Assembly (NCBI GenBank): GCA_963663475.2
Contig: CAXXJV010000001.1
Location: 2,080,001 to 2,144,000 of the forward strand
From: Candidatus Cloacimonadales bacterium
GTDB lineage: Bacteria; Cloacimonadota; Cloacimonadia; Cloacimonadales; JAFGVF01
DNA length: 64,000 bases
Reading direction: 5' to 3'
The position numbers were made by a program, and so were the translations under genes. The notes under the pieces are model-generated. The model saw nothing but the letters and a program-made list of their open reading frames with translations, ran no database searches and was not told the DNA's origin. Shown piece after piece: positions 29,044-38,676 of the stretch (position 1 is the stretch's first letter; each line of letters opens with the position of its first letter).

Positions 29044-29925
29044 ATGAACCACTTTGATAAAATGATGTATGAGTATTACCGAGTGTTGAATAATGCCTGG
29101 AAGGGACAGATAAAAGTATCTGCTAAGCAAGCTATTCAGATGCTGAGTGACTTACCTAAACATGAGAGGCTTAAAGATAGCCCTATAGAAGATATTGTGC
29201 AAGTAGTCAATATGAAATATGGGTGAAGAGTTTGCTTCGCTTGTAAGGCAGGAAACAAAGGCTTTTACCACTAAATCTATGCGATTAGGTATTAATGATG
29301 CTGTTAAAGATGTGAAGTCTAATATATCAATAGGGCTGTATGGGATTAGACAACAGAAGTTAGAGACTCAGATCAATAAGCAAAACCTTTTCTGGATTGG
29401 TAATAAGTTTGGTACTGATATGGAAGCAGGCTTTAAGAAAAGCTTGATAGAAGCTGTTTCATCAGGCTATACTAAAGAGATGCTTGCTAATAAACTTCAG
29501 GAGCAATTTCAACACCTGGGCAAGCAATCAACTGTCTATTGGCAAGGCTTAGCAGAACATACTGGACTAAGGATTAGAGAGTTTGGAAGATTAGAAGGTT
29601 ATAAGGTTATAAGAAAGCAGGAGCCAGAGGTTATAGATTGTTAGTTATCCTGGATGATAGAACTTCTGAGATATGCCAGGCTTTAGCAGCTGAGGATAGA
29701 GTCTATCCACTTGATGAAGCTATTGATACTATGGAGAGCTTGCTTAGTATTGATACAACTAAAAGTGAATTAGCTGAAGTGAAGGAGCAAACTAAAAAGC
29801 TTGCTCCCTGGGTTTCTGAAAATCAAATCAGATATGAAAATGATAAGCCTGTAGGAGTTAATGGGGACCATACTCCCTTTCCTCCTTTTCATTGGAAGTG
29901 TAGGACTACTACGGTTGTGGTTTAG
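29044..29925 (+). pseudogene. Phage head morphogenesis protein (Mu gpF/SPP1 gp7-like), two frameshifts
   Basis: Three overlapping ORF pieces join into one protein; ILDDRTSEIC and PPFHWKCRTT match the family DxRT..C and PPxHxxCR motifs; frameshifts near 29218 and 29595-29610. Confidence 0.85.
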
Positions 29926-29966
29926 GGTGATGAAAATATCATATTATCAGGTAAATTATTAAATCA

Positions 29967-29994
29967 TTGACAAATTTTTTGTGAAAAGTATGAT
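29967..29994 (+). promoter_or_regulatory. Putative sigma70-type promoter of the GHKL-nuclease gene
   Basis: TTGACA-16 nt-TATGAT. Confidence 0.6.
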
Positions 29995-30051
29995 TGATTT
30001 AATAATTGAAGGTAGATTATAATATGATCAAATACTTATAGGAAAAATTAA

Positions 30052-32178
30052 ATGAGCAATGTTATGAAACAAACTAATTCTTTTTTAGAAGCTTATGGAA
30101 TCAGTTACTCGGGAACTCTAAGAAAAATTAAGAAATCTGATAACAAGATGAGACCAATTTTTGAAGCATTTACAAACTCCTTGGAAGCAATAAAAATTAA
30201 GAACTCAACATTACGAGGATGTATTGTTATAAAATTGATTATTATCAGAGATTTGTATGATAATATTGACGATATTGAGCTTGAAATACAAGACAATGGG
30301 ATAGGATTTAACGAACAAGAATTTAAACGATTGGAAAATTTAAATGATGATGGTAAAGGATTCCTAAATAAAGGTACTGGCAGAATACAACTTATACATT
30401 TTTTTAAGTATTGTGAATATAAGAGTATTTACAAAAATCTTTCTTCTGAAACTGGATATAGTGAAAGATGTTTTAAACTTTCAAAATCAAAAGAATATTT
30501 AGCGAACAATACTATAATATTCTTCAAGTATTTTAATGATGTAGAGGCAAACGATTCACAAACTGTTTTACAACTCAAGTCTATTCTTAATGATAGTGAT
30601 AAAGAATTTTATTCGAAATTAAAGTTAACTGATTTGAAAGAAATGATGATACAGCATTATCTAGCATATTTCTGCGAAAACAAAGGCCTCTTACCTTCAA
30701 TTAAACTTGAGCATTATGTCAATGATGATATTATCTGTAAAATGGAAATAACTGACTCTGATATACCGAATATTGACTCTCAATCTTCTTTCAAAATAGA
30801 TTATTATGTTATACCTAAATATCTATCCGATATGCATGTTTCAGACAAACAAGAAACTTTCCAAATAAAAGCATTTAAAATCAATAAGAACCAACTCAAA
30901 GCTAATAATATCTTTTTAACAAGTAAAAATGAAATAGCAAATTGTATTGATTTTCCATTTATGCTTGAAGGTGATTCTATTAATGATAACCGATATCTTT
31001 TCCTTATATCTAGTACATATTTTGATAGCAAAGAAACAGATGTGCGAGGTAAAATCATACTAAAAACTAAGGAAAGTTTTGCTAAATCTATTAGTTATAA
31101 TTCAGAGATAGAGGAAAAAGAAGAAATCTTATTAGATAGTTTACAAGAAAAGGTATATAGCTTTATTATAGATAATTATCCTGAAATTCAAGAGAAATCA
31201 AGAATTAAATCTAAACAAGTTGATAGATTACAAGAATTATTTTTGTTAAACAAGAAAACCATTGAATCATTAAAGTTTAAAATAAATGATACTGATGATA
31301 TGATTTTGAAGAAAATATACAAAGCCGATGCAGAGATTTCTGCTACTAAAGATGCAGAACTTTATAAGCAATATCAAGAACTTGATGAATTAGATCCTTC
31401 CACCGAAGAGTATCAAGAGCAGATAAAAAATAAAGTTTCACAACTAGTTAAATCTATACCAATTCAAAATAGAACATCATTAACTCAATATGTTGCAAGA
31501 AGAAAGATTGTATTAGAGGTCTTTGATAAAATATTAAATTATGAAATCGAGAAACTAAAAAATAGTAAACGCATTGATGAAAATTTATTACATAATCTTA
31601 TATTTAAACAATCCTCTAGCCAACCAGATGAAAGTGATTTGTGGTTGATAAACGAAGATTTTATTTATTTTACAGGGTTTTCTGAAAAAAGATTAAGGGA
31701 TATTAGAATAGATAATCAGAAGCTTTTTAGCAGAAAATTTACTGAGGAGGAGGATAGGTACTTGCATTCACTTAGTGAAGATAGATTAAGTAAAAGACCA
31801 GATATTTTGCTTTTTCCCAAAGAAGGAAAATGTATAATAATTGAATTTAAAGCTCCTGATGTAAATGTTTCAGAACATTTAACACAGATAGATTTCTATG
31901 CAAGTTTAATTAGGAACTATACTAATAAAGATTTCAAGATCCTTACTTTCTTTGGATTCCTCATAGGTGAAAGTATCGAAGATAGGGATGTGAGGGGACG
32001 AGTTACACGTTTTGAACAATCATATTACTTTGATTATTGGTTCAGACCATCAGAAAAGGTAGTTGATTTTTCGAATAAAATGGATGGTTCTATCTATACT
32101 GAAATTATAAAATACTCTACACTACTATCTCGAGCTAAATTAAGAAACAAGATATTTATTAATAAACTAAACGGATAA
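30052..32178 (+). CDS. GHKL (HATPase_c/MORC-like) ATPase fused to C-terminal PD-(D/E)XK nuclease; probable defence protein
   Basis: FEAFTNSLEA (motif I), IQDNGIGF (II), KGTGR (III); C-terminal RPDILL...IIIEFKAP...QIDFY. Confidence 0.8.
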   Translation: MSNVMKQTNSFLEAYGISYSGTLRKIKKSDNKMRPIFEAFTNSLEAIKIKNSTLRGCIVIKLIIIRDLYDNIDDIELEIQDNGIGFNEQEFKRLENLNDDGKGFLNKGTGRIQLIHFFKYCEYKSIYKNLSSETGYSERCFKLSKSKEYLANNTIIFFKYFNDVEANDSQTVLQLKSILNDSDKEFYSKLKLTDLKEMMIQHYLAYFCENKGLLPSIKLEHYVNDDIICKMEITDSDIPNIDSQSSFKIDYYVIPKYLSDMHVSDKQETFQIKAFKINKNQLKANNIFLTSKNEIANCIDFPFMLEGDSINDNRYLFLISSTYFDSKETDVRGKIILKTKESFAKSISYNSEIEEKEEILLDSLQEKVYSFIIDNYPEIQEKSRIKSKQVDRLQELFLLNKKTIESLKFKINDTDDMILKKIYKADAEISATKDAELYKQYQELDELDPSTEEYQEQIKNKVSQLVKSIPIQNRTSLTQYVARRKIVLEVFDKILNYEIEKLKNSKRIDENLLHNLIFKQSSSQPDESDLWLINEDFIYFTGFSEKRLRDIRIDNQKLFSRKFTEEEDRYLHSLSEDRLSKRPDILLFPKEGKCIIIEFKAPDVNVSEHLTQIDFYASLIRNYTNKDFKILTFFGFLIGESIEDRDVRGRVTRFEQSYYFDYWFRPSEKVVDFSNKMDGSIYTEIIKYSTLLSRAKLRNKIFINKLNG

Positions 32179-32275
32179 TATAACAAATTTTAACAAAATT
32201 ATAATATACTAAAAATCAATAAAATGACAAATATTATGAAGTTATTAAAAAGTAATAATAACTTAAGGAGAAAGA

Positions 32276-33697
32276 ATGGAAATAGGTACAGAAATTGAAA
32301 TCTACCACAAGACCAAGACTGAAATTAATAGATTTGAGAATGAGGATTTATTCATAAAATTTCTAGATTACAACAATTTACCATCTAAAGATATTTTTGT
32401 CTCTTTAGAACACAGAAAGAATGTTATAGATGGTTTTGAATCTGCTATTCAAGATTTGAAAATTGAGCTTCGAGAGACATCATTCTATCTTTCAAAATTT
32501 ATTGCTGCTGTGGCTAATGGTCTTTTTGACGCTGCTCTTAATTATCTGTGGGATGAGACTATCAAATGTTTGAGACAAAAAATTTACAATTTTGATGTGG
32601 ATTATTTTATAGATAATATTGATATATCAGATGAAAATAAAAAAGAAGCTAGAAAAGATTTATCAAGTATAACAGACCAGAAACTGATAGATGGTCTGAT
32701 AAAATTAGAATATATCACAAAAATTGGTTACAGGAAATTATTATTTATCAAAGAAATGAGAAATTGGGCAAGTGCTGCTCATCCTAATCACAACGACATT
32801 ACTGGCTTTGATTTACTTTCATGGCTTCAGATATGCATTACTGAAGTAATAAATTCTGATATTAATCGTATAACAATTAAAATAAGCGAATTCCTAAAAA
32901 ATATAAAAAATCAACTATTAGATGATTTGTCAATACGAGAGATTACAAACCTAATCTATGATACAAGTATAAGTCAACTTGATAATTTAATAACTTCATT
33001 ACATTCAATTTATACTTCTGCGGATGTTACTAATATTGCAAAAACCAATATTCAAAAAATTTCTAAATCAATATGGAATTCATCATCTAATAACGCAAAA
33101 AATATGATTGGTATAAAATATAGCGAATTTTTAATGAGAGCTGATACTCTGAGAGCAAAATCTTCCAAAGAATTTTTAAGTATTGTAGATGGAATGTCGT
33201 TTTTGCCTGAAGAAATTAGAACCGCACATATTGATGAAGTATTAGATCAACTCTATTCTGCTAACTGTAGCCCAATAGACAATTTCTATAACGAACCTCC
33301 TATAGCAAGAAACTTAAAGAAGATTATTGACACAAAAGAAGTACCTAAACAGGTTAAAAGAAAATATGTTACTATTTTGATTACAGCTTTCATAACAAAT
33401 GGTAAAGGAGTATGCTGGGACGCCGACAAAATATATCTCTCATTGATAAAAGTATTAACTCCTGATGAAGCTAAACTCGCTATATCTTCAAGCCAAAATG
33501 ATTTAATTGAATATAGGCTAGAAAGTAGTGATTTATGTAGAAAGAAATACATTGAACTTTTGAATATTTTGAAAGACAAAATAATTGGTGAAAAAACCAT
33601 TTCAATTGTCGATAAACTCATTTCTGCAGATGATCAAGTTCATCTAAAATTGAAAGAGACTCAGATTAAAGATTTCATAAAATCAATAGATACATAA
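32276..33697 (+). CDS. Hypothetical protein with HEPN-like domain and helical C-terminal region
   Basis: AAGGAG RBS; GLFDAALNYLWDETIKCLRQKI followed by KLLFIKEMRNWASAAHP (R-x6-H). Confidence 0.65.
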   Translation: MEIGTEIEIYHKTKTEINRFENEDLFIKFLDYNNLPSKDIFVSLEHRKNVIDGFESAIQDLKIELRETSFYLSKFIAAVANGLFDAALNYLWDETIKCLRQKIYNFDVDYFIDNIDISDENKKEARKDLSSITDQKLIDGLIKLEYITKIGYRKLLFIKEMRNWASAAHPNHNDITGFDLLSWLQICITEVINSDINRITIKISEFLKNIKNQLLDDLSIREITNLIYDTSISQLDNLITSLHSIYTSADVTNIAKTNIQKISKSIWNSSSNNAKNMIGIKYSEFLMRADTLRAKSSKEFLSIVDGMSFLPEEIRTAHIDEVLDQLYSANCSPIDNFYNEPPIARNLKKIIDTKEVPKQVKRKYVTILITAFITNGKGVCWDADKIYLSLIKVLTPDEAKLAISSSQNDLIEYRLESSDLCRKKYIELLNILKDKIIGEKTISIVDKLISADDQVHLKLKETQIKDFIKSIDT

Positions 33698-33717
33698 ATA
33701 TTATTAAAAAAAAGTTG

Positions 33718-33753
33718 AAAGAAGACCACACTTTCTTGGTCTTCTTTTTTTTT
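33718..33753 (+). terminator. Intrinsic terminator after the HEPN-like gene
   Basis: AAAGAAGACCA...TGGTCTTCTTT plus long T-run. Confidence 0.8.
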
Positions 33754-34229
33754 GTCTAAAAAACTGTCGCACCCATTAGCAAGCGTATTTGCCAACAATT
33801 TAATCTCTTTTAATATGCGTTATGAGTGAAGATTATTTAAATTAAAAGATAAAAATTAAGAATGAAAAATTGTGGTATTGCTTCGCAATGATATTGAATA
33901 CCACCCCACCTTCTTCGAAGGCACCCCTCCCAGGAGTGGAATTAAAGAGAGGTAACAATGAATGAGATTAAAAAAGATGAGTTTGTAAGTGATTGGAGTG
34001 TGTATCCAAACTTCCAGGAGTGGGAGTTTGCTTGTCCATCATCTGGTAAAGCTTATATGCAGAAGCGTTTTATGGATAAGCTTCAGAGGGCAAGAACAAT
34101 AGCAGGAGTTAGCTTTCATATTTCAAGTGGTTATCGAGATTGTAGATGGCATTTTAAATTGGTACACAAATGGCAGTTTAATCTGGTACAGTTTCCTAGA
34201 TAAAAAAATAGAGAAATCTAGGAGACAAT

Positions 34230-35714
34230 ATGAAAGGAGTCCAAGTGTATCACGCAATAAGAGTATTAAGAGAAAATGGCAAGAGTATAAGAGAAATAGC
34301 AGAACAGTTAAGTATCTCTAAAACAACAGTTATGGGTTACTTACAAAAAGACATTGAAACCGTAGAAAAAACTTTAATGAAAGTCAATCGAACAAGTAAG
34401 CTCGAAATTTACAGGGAAGAAATTAGCAAACATTTAACAAAATTTCCTAATATGCGATTAAGTAAATTATATCGTAAATTATCCAAACAGCATGGAAAAT
34501 TACCTGTAAAACAAAGAGCTTTTTTTAATTTTTCAAAAAAAATAAAAAATAATTTAATACAACCAACTAAGCGTTATTATCGAGTTGTCAATTATGAACC
34601 AGGAAATCAGATGCAGGTTGATCCCGGAGAGTATAATATCTATTTATCTGATAAGAGCAAGTTAAAAATATACTTTTGTGTGTTTAGCTATTGCTATTCA
34701 CGAATGAAATATGTACATTTTCAAACAAGACCTTATAAGACTCAAGACTTCATCCAAGCCCATAAAGATTGCTTTGAATATTTTGGATATATCCCAGAGA
34801 CAATGGTTTATGATCAAACAAAACTAGTCGTTATAAAGGAGATTTATCGAGAAGTAACTTATAATAATAAGTTTTTTCAATTTATGAATAATCTAACAAT
34901 AAGTCCTTATGTTTGTGAAGGTTATGATCCTGAAAGTAAAGGGTTGGTAGAAAGACAAGTTCAAGAAGTTAAGTATGATTTTCTTGATGGTGAAGTATTT
35001 ACTAGTTTATCTGAAGTTAAGTTGAAATCAAAAAGCTGGTTAGAAGAAGTAAATAATCGTATCCACAGTACGCTTAGAGAAAGACCTATAGTAATGTTTA
35101 AAGAAGAAGAAAAACTATTAAGAAGATATAACCTGAATATTGCAGAGACACGAAAAGTAGATAAAACAGGTCTTATCTCATGGAATGGTAACAAATATTC
35201 AGTTCCTTATATCTATCAACAAAAGATAGTTATAGTTAAAGAAAATGAAGACACTTTAGAAATAATAGATAGGAATAGTAGAAAAAAAGTTGCATCTCAT
35301 AGGATTTCCAGAGAAAGAACAAAACCTATCATATCTCAATGTCATTACATAGACTACTCGAAAACAATTAATAATATAAAGGAAGATATTTGCTCACTAT
35401 TCCCCAATAATGACAAGATAATCCTTTTATTAAATTTACTCATAGCACATAATCACAGAAATCCCAGAGAGCAACTATTAGCATTTTTAAAAATGTATAA
35501 TAAAAATAAATACTTAAATTGGTCAAACATAATTTCTAAAGCACTAGAATTAGAAGATATAAAAGCAACAAAGATAGAGTCTATAGTCAAAGAAGAGATA
35601 AAAGGCAATAAGTTATCTGCTAACTATCAAAATCAAGTCAATGGGATAATAGAAACAAAAAAATCAGTTATACAGAGAGATTTATCAATTTATAATAAGG
35701 TGGTAAAAAAATGA
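34230..35714 (+). CDS. istA: IS21 transposase IstA
   Basis: N-terminal HTH, PGNQMQVD, YDQTK, PESKGLVER, NKYSVP. Confidence 0.95.
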   Translation: MKGVQVYHAIRVLRENGKSIREIAEQLSISKTTVMGYLQKDIETVEKTLMKVNRTSKLEIYREEISKHLTKFPNMRLSKLYRKLSKQHGKLPVKQRAFFNFSKKIKNNLIQPTKRYYRVVNYEPGNQMQVDPGEYNIYLSDKSKLKIYFCVFSYCYSRMKYVHFQTRPYKTQDFIQAHKDCFEYFGYIPETMVYDQTKLVVIKEIYREVTYNNKFFQFMNNLTISPYVCEGYDPESKGLVERQVQEVKYDFLDGEVFTSLSEVKLKSKSWLEEVNNRIHSTLRERPIVMFKEEEKLLRRYNLNIAETRKVDKTGLISWNGNKYSVPYIYQQKIVIVKENEDTLEIIDRNSRKKVASHRISRERTKPIISQCHYIDYSKTINNIKEDICSLFPNNDKIILLLNLLIAHNHRNPREQLLAFLKMYNKNKYLNWSNIISKALELEDIKATKIESIVKEEIKGNKLSANYQNQVNGIIETKKSVIQRDLSIYNKVVKK

Positions 35715-36439
35715 TCGAAACATTAAAGAAAAATCTATTTAGACTAAGATGCAGGCATACTATTAATAATTTAGAATCATATCTTAAATATGCACAAGAT
35801 AATCAGTTATCTTATATGAATTTTCTTTCATATGTAATTGATAATGAATGCAATAGTAGAAATCAAACGATGATAAATTTACAGATTAGAAGGTCAAAAT
35901 TTCCTCTTTTGAAAAGTTTTGATGATTTTGATTTTAAATATCAGCATTCAATAACTAAAAGAATGATTACTGAGTGGAAGGACTTTACTTGGATAGATAA
36001 CAGAGAAAACAAAATATTAATGGGTCCTCCTGGTGTAGGTAAAACTCATATATCTATAGCTTTAGGATATGAAGCTATCTTAAAAGGATATAAAGTTATT
36101 TTTTACAATATGAATGACCTAATTGATGAAATGATTATTGCTAATGTAGAAAATAACTTCAAAAAATGGATTTCAAAGTTAGTAAAAAATGATCTTATTA
36201 TTATTGATGAGATAGGCTATCTTCCTATTAAGGCAGTAAATGCGAGTTTATTTTTTAAGCTAATAAATGAGTTATATGAATATAGATCTATTATCATTAC
36301 CTCTAATAGGCTATTCCAAGAGTGGGGAGAATCCTTTGGAGATAATGTAATAACTACTGCTATAGTAGATAGATTAGTTCATCATGCAGAAACAGTTCTA
36401 ATAGATGGAAATAGTTATAGAATGAAAGGAAAACTATAA
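35711..36439 (+). CDS. istB: IS21 helper ATPase IstB
   Basis: GPPGVGKTH, IIIDEIGY, AIVDRLVHH, GNSYR. Confidence 0.96.
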   Translation: MIETLKKNLFRLRCRHTINNLESYLKYAQDNQLSYMNFLSYVIDNECNSRNQTMINLQIRRSKFPLLKSFDDFDFKYQHSITKRMITEWKDFTWIDNRENKILMGPPGVGKTHISIALGYEAILKGYKVIFYNMNDLIDEMIIANVENNFKKWISKLVKNDLIIIDEIGYLPIKAVNASLFFKLINELYEYRSIIITSNRLFQEWGESFGDNVITTAIVDRLVHHAETVLIDGNSYRMKGKL

Positions 36440-36739
36440 GGAAATATGATTTACAATAGTGTACCATTTTAAACTGCCAAAACTGTACCAATTTAAACTG
36501 CTATTGACAGAGATGAAGCCTATAATGATTCTTTGCCTAACAGTGTGCCAAATTCAGCTCATATATACGGTTTAGCCTGTGATATATGGTTGATAGCATG
36601 TTAGACAGGTTAAAACCCTCGACAGAGAGGAATTAATAGGGGTAAAAATGGCCATCTACAACAAGCCCAGTTAGTAAGAGGAATAAATGGATTTTGGAAG
36701 TTAAGAAAAGTTGTATTTAAACGCTAGTATTAGGCAAAT

Positions 36740-36763
36740 AAAAAAGCCTTCCCCAAGGAAGGC
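36740..36763 (-). terminator. Intrinsic terminator of tRNA-Asn cluster
   Basis: GCCTTCC/GGAAGGC stem with a U-run on the minus strand. Confidence 0.8.
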
Positions 36764-36771
36764 ATAATCTA

Positions 36772-36846
36772 TGGCTCCGAAAGAGGGATTTGAACCCCCG
36801 ACCTAATGGTTAACAGCCATCCGCTCTACCGCTGAGCTATTTCGGA
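36772..36846 (-). tRNA. tRNA-Asn(GTT)
   Basis: Reverse complement TCCGAAATAGCTCAGCGGTAGAGCGGATGGCTGTTAACCATTAGGTCGGGGGTTCAAATCCCTCTTTCGGAGCCA. Confidence 0.97.
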
Positions 36847-36889
36847 ATAAAAGATCAAAGTGTTGGCTCTCCGAAGAGAGCCTAATTTA

Positions 36890-36964
36890 TGGCTCCGAAA
36901 GAGGGATTTGAACCCCCGACCTAATGGTTAACAGCCATCCGCTCTACCGCTGAGCTATTTCGGA
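36890..36964 (-). tRNA. tRNA-Asn(GTT)
   Basis: Identical copy. Confidence 0.97.
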
Positions 36965-37006
36965 ATAAAGATCGAAGTGTTGGCTCTCCGAAGAGAGCCT
37001 AATTTA

Positions 37007-37081
37007 TGGCTCCGAAAGAGGGATTTGAACCCCCGACCTAATGGTTAACAGCCATCCGCTCTACCGCTGAGCTATTTCGGA
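37007..37081 (-). tRNA. tRNA-Asn(GTT)
   Basis: Identical copy. Confidence 0.97.
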
Positions 37082-37239
37082 ATATCTTCATCAATCATTG
37101 TTTTTTCATATGATAAAAAAGTGGTTTTTATGTCAAGACAAATTTATATTTTTTTTCCTATTTTTAATATCAGATTTATAAAATTATTGTTAATCAATTA
37201 ATTAAAGATCTAATTTAAATCAGGAAAATAGCCATTTAA

Positions 37240-38670
37240 CTAGAAAAACACTTTTACACCAGCTTTAAATTCTCGGTTTTTTATCTTATCATTGTTAAAA
37301 GAGGAATAATCTTTATCAGCTAGATTAATAAGTTCAGTCCATAAAGTAAGCCATTCCTTAAGCCTATATTTTGAATGAATGTTAAGGATATGATTAGTAG
37401 CTAAGTCTATGTTATAATCATTAGTCATACCATCTTCAATAATATAGTTTAGACCAATATCAAACTTTCCATTCTGGTAAATGAGAGAGTTGTTAATTCT
37501 CATATTAGGTGTGAAGGGTATGAAGTCACACGCAAAGTTATGATAGTCTATTAGTTGAAGCTTAGAATAGTAGTTTAAGTGCTGCTTGCTATAAGCAACT
37601 TTAGCATAATAGGAAGTGGTCCAGAAAGAATCATAAAAGATAGCTTCATTAGTCTGCTCAGTTCTGTATATTGGAGCATCTATAGCATACTGATAGTCTG
37701 CTCCAAGTGACCAGGTTAGCCAATTGAAGTAAGAGAGTTCAATGTTAGCATTTGCTGGCAGGAAGAAATCAGTTTGATTATTAGCTAGAATTCCGTATGG
37801 TATCTCTTGATAGAAATCGAAATAGCTTTTTCTTTCTAAATAGGGTTTATTGTGTATGCTTAAGGTAAGGTTGTTGAAATTAAGGTAAGCGTTTAGATTT
37901 GGGGCAAATAAGACTTTGTCTTTATTAATACCAGTCCAAAGTCCAACTGTAGATATATTTTCATAATTGAGGCTAATTTGGCCGTTTGCTAGTTTATGAT
38001 TATTTGAAAGCTCAAATTTTGTAAATAATCGGGAAAGTGGATTTAGTTCCAGCAAACCCTCAAAGTTTAAATGATTAGTCTGGTTAATGAGGTTAGTTTC
38101 AATACTTTCCAACTGCCCTGCCAAGGATAGCTGGGAGATGACACCCTTACTATTAGACTGATAATTATAAGCAAGACCAAGGTTTTGTGCATTATTTTCA
38201 GTGGTCAGATTGATAGATTCTTTAGAAGTCTGCAAGTAATTTACAGAAAGGGAGATTTGATGATTGCTAGTCGTAAAATTATTAGCAATGGATAATATCT
38301 CTTTTGATCTATCCCCACTATCGTGCCTTAGAGAATAATCAAGTCTTTGATTAAACTTATTAAGGGAAAAGTAACTTCTTATATCAAGAATATCTTTATT
38401 ACCGCTACTAAGATTTAAATAAGCTTTCAATTTTTTTTCAGGAAAGAGAAAAAAGTCACTCTTTAGAGGTCTGCCATGATAAGCATAATTAAATTTAATC
38501 AAGGAATCAGGTTTTATATCTCTAAGGTATTTGATTGGAGCGAGCTCTAATTCACTTTGAAGGTCAGCTTTAGTTTCAACAACAATGGGTTCACGTTCAT
38601 CATCGAGAATATCTTGGGCAAAAGCCAATACAGGTAAGAGACAGAGAATAATATAAAATATCTTTTTCAT
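37240..38670 (-). CDS. Putative outer-membrane beta-barrel protein (TonB-dependent receptor-like C-terminus)
   Basis: Signal peptide, alternating beta-strand pattern, INLADKDY...REFKAGVKVFF ending in Phe. Confidence 0.65.
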   Translation of the reverse strand: MKKIFYIILCLLPVLAFAQDILDDEREPIVVETKADLQSELELAPIKYLRDIKPDSLIKFNYAYHGRPLKSDFFLFPEKKLKAYLNLSSGNKDILDIRSYFSLNKFNQRLDYSLRHDSGDRSKEILSIANNFTTSNHQISLSVNYLQTSKESINLTTENNAQNLGLAYNYQSNSKGVISQLSLAGQLESIETNLINQTNHLNFEGLLELNPLSRLFTKFELSNNHKLANGQISLNYENISTVGLWTGINKDKVLFAPNLNAYLNFNNLTLSIHNKPYLERKSYFDFYQEIPYGILANNQTDFFLPANANIELSYFNWLTWSLGADYQYAIDAPIYRTEQTNEAIFYDSFWTTSYYAKVAYSKQHLNYYSKLQLIDYHNFACDFIPFTPNMRINNSLIYQNGKFDIGLNYIIEDGMTNDYNIDLATNHILNIHSKYRLKEWLTLWTELINLADKDYSSFNNDKIKNREFKAGVKVFF

Positions 38671-38676
38671 GATTAC

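Larger units (their letters stand above)
34141..36509 (+). mobile_element. IS21 family insertion sequence, complete
   Basis: TG...CA ends; IRL TGTAGATGGCATTTTAAATTGGTACA vs IRR reverse complement TGTCAATAGCAGTTTAAATTGGTACA, each with an internal repeat; 5-bp target duplication GAGAT at 34136-34140 and 36510-36514. Confidence 0.96.
33958..36604 (+). pseudogene. Peptidase M15 (phage endolysin-like) gene interrupted by IS21 and truncated
   Basis: Removing the IS and one target copy gives ...EFACP...ISSGYRDEAYNDSLPNSVPNSAHIYGLACDIWLIAC*, the M15 SGYR...SxHxxGxAxD motif. Confidence 0.85.

Noticed and set aside
33958-34321. ORFs 33958-34203 and 34127-34321 as independent genes
   Set aside because: The first is the M15 fragment reading into the IS end; the second is an off-frame overlap of the IS end and istA.
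26900-36772. attL/attR duplication of the tRNA-Asn 3' end bounding the island
   Set aside because: I found no copy of the tRNA 3' end at the left edge, and the terminator directly follows the tRNA.
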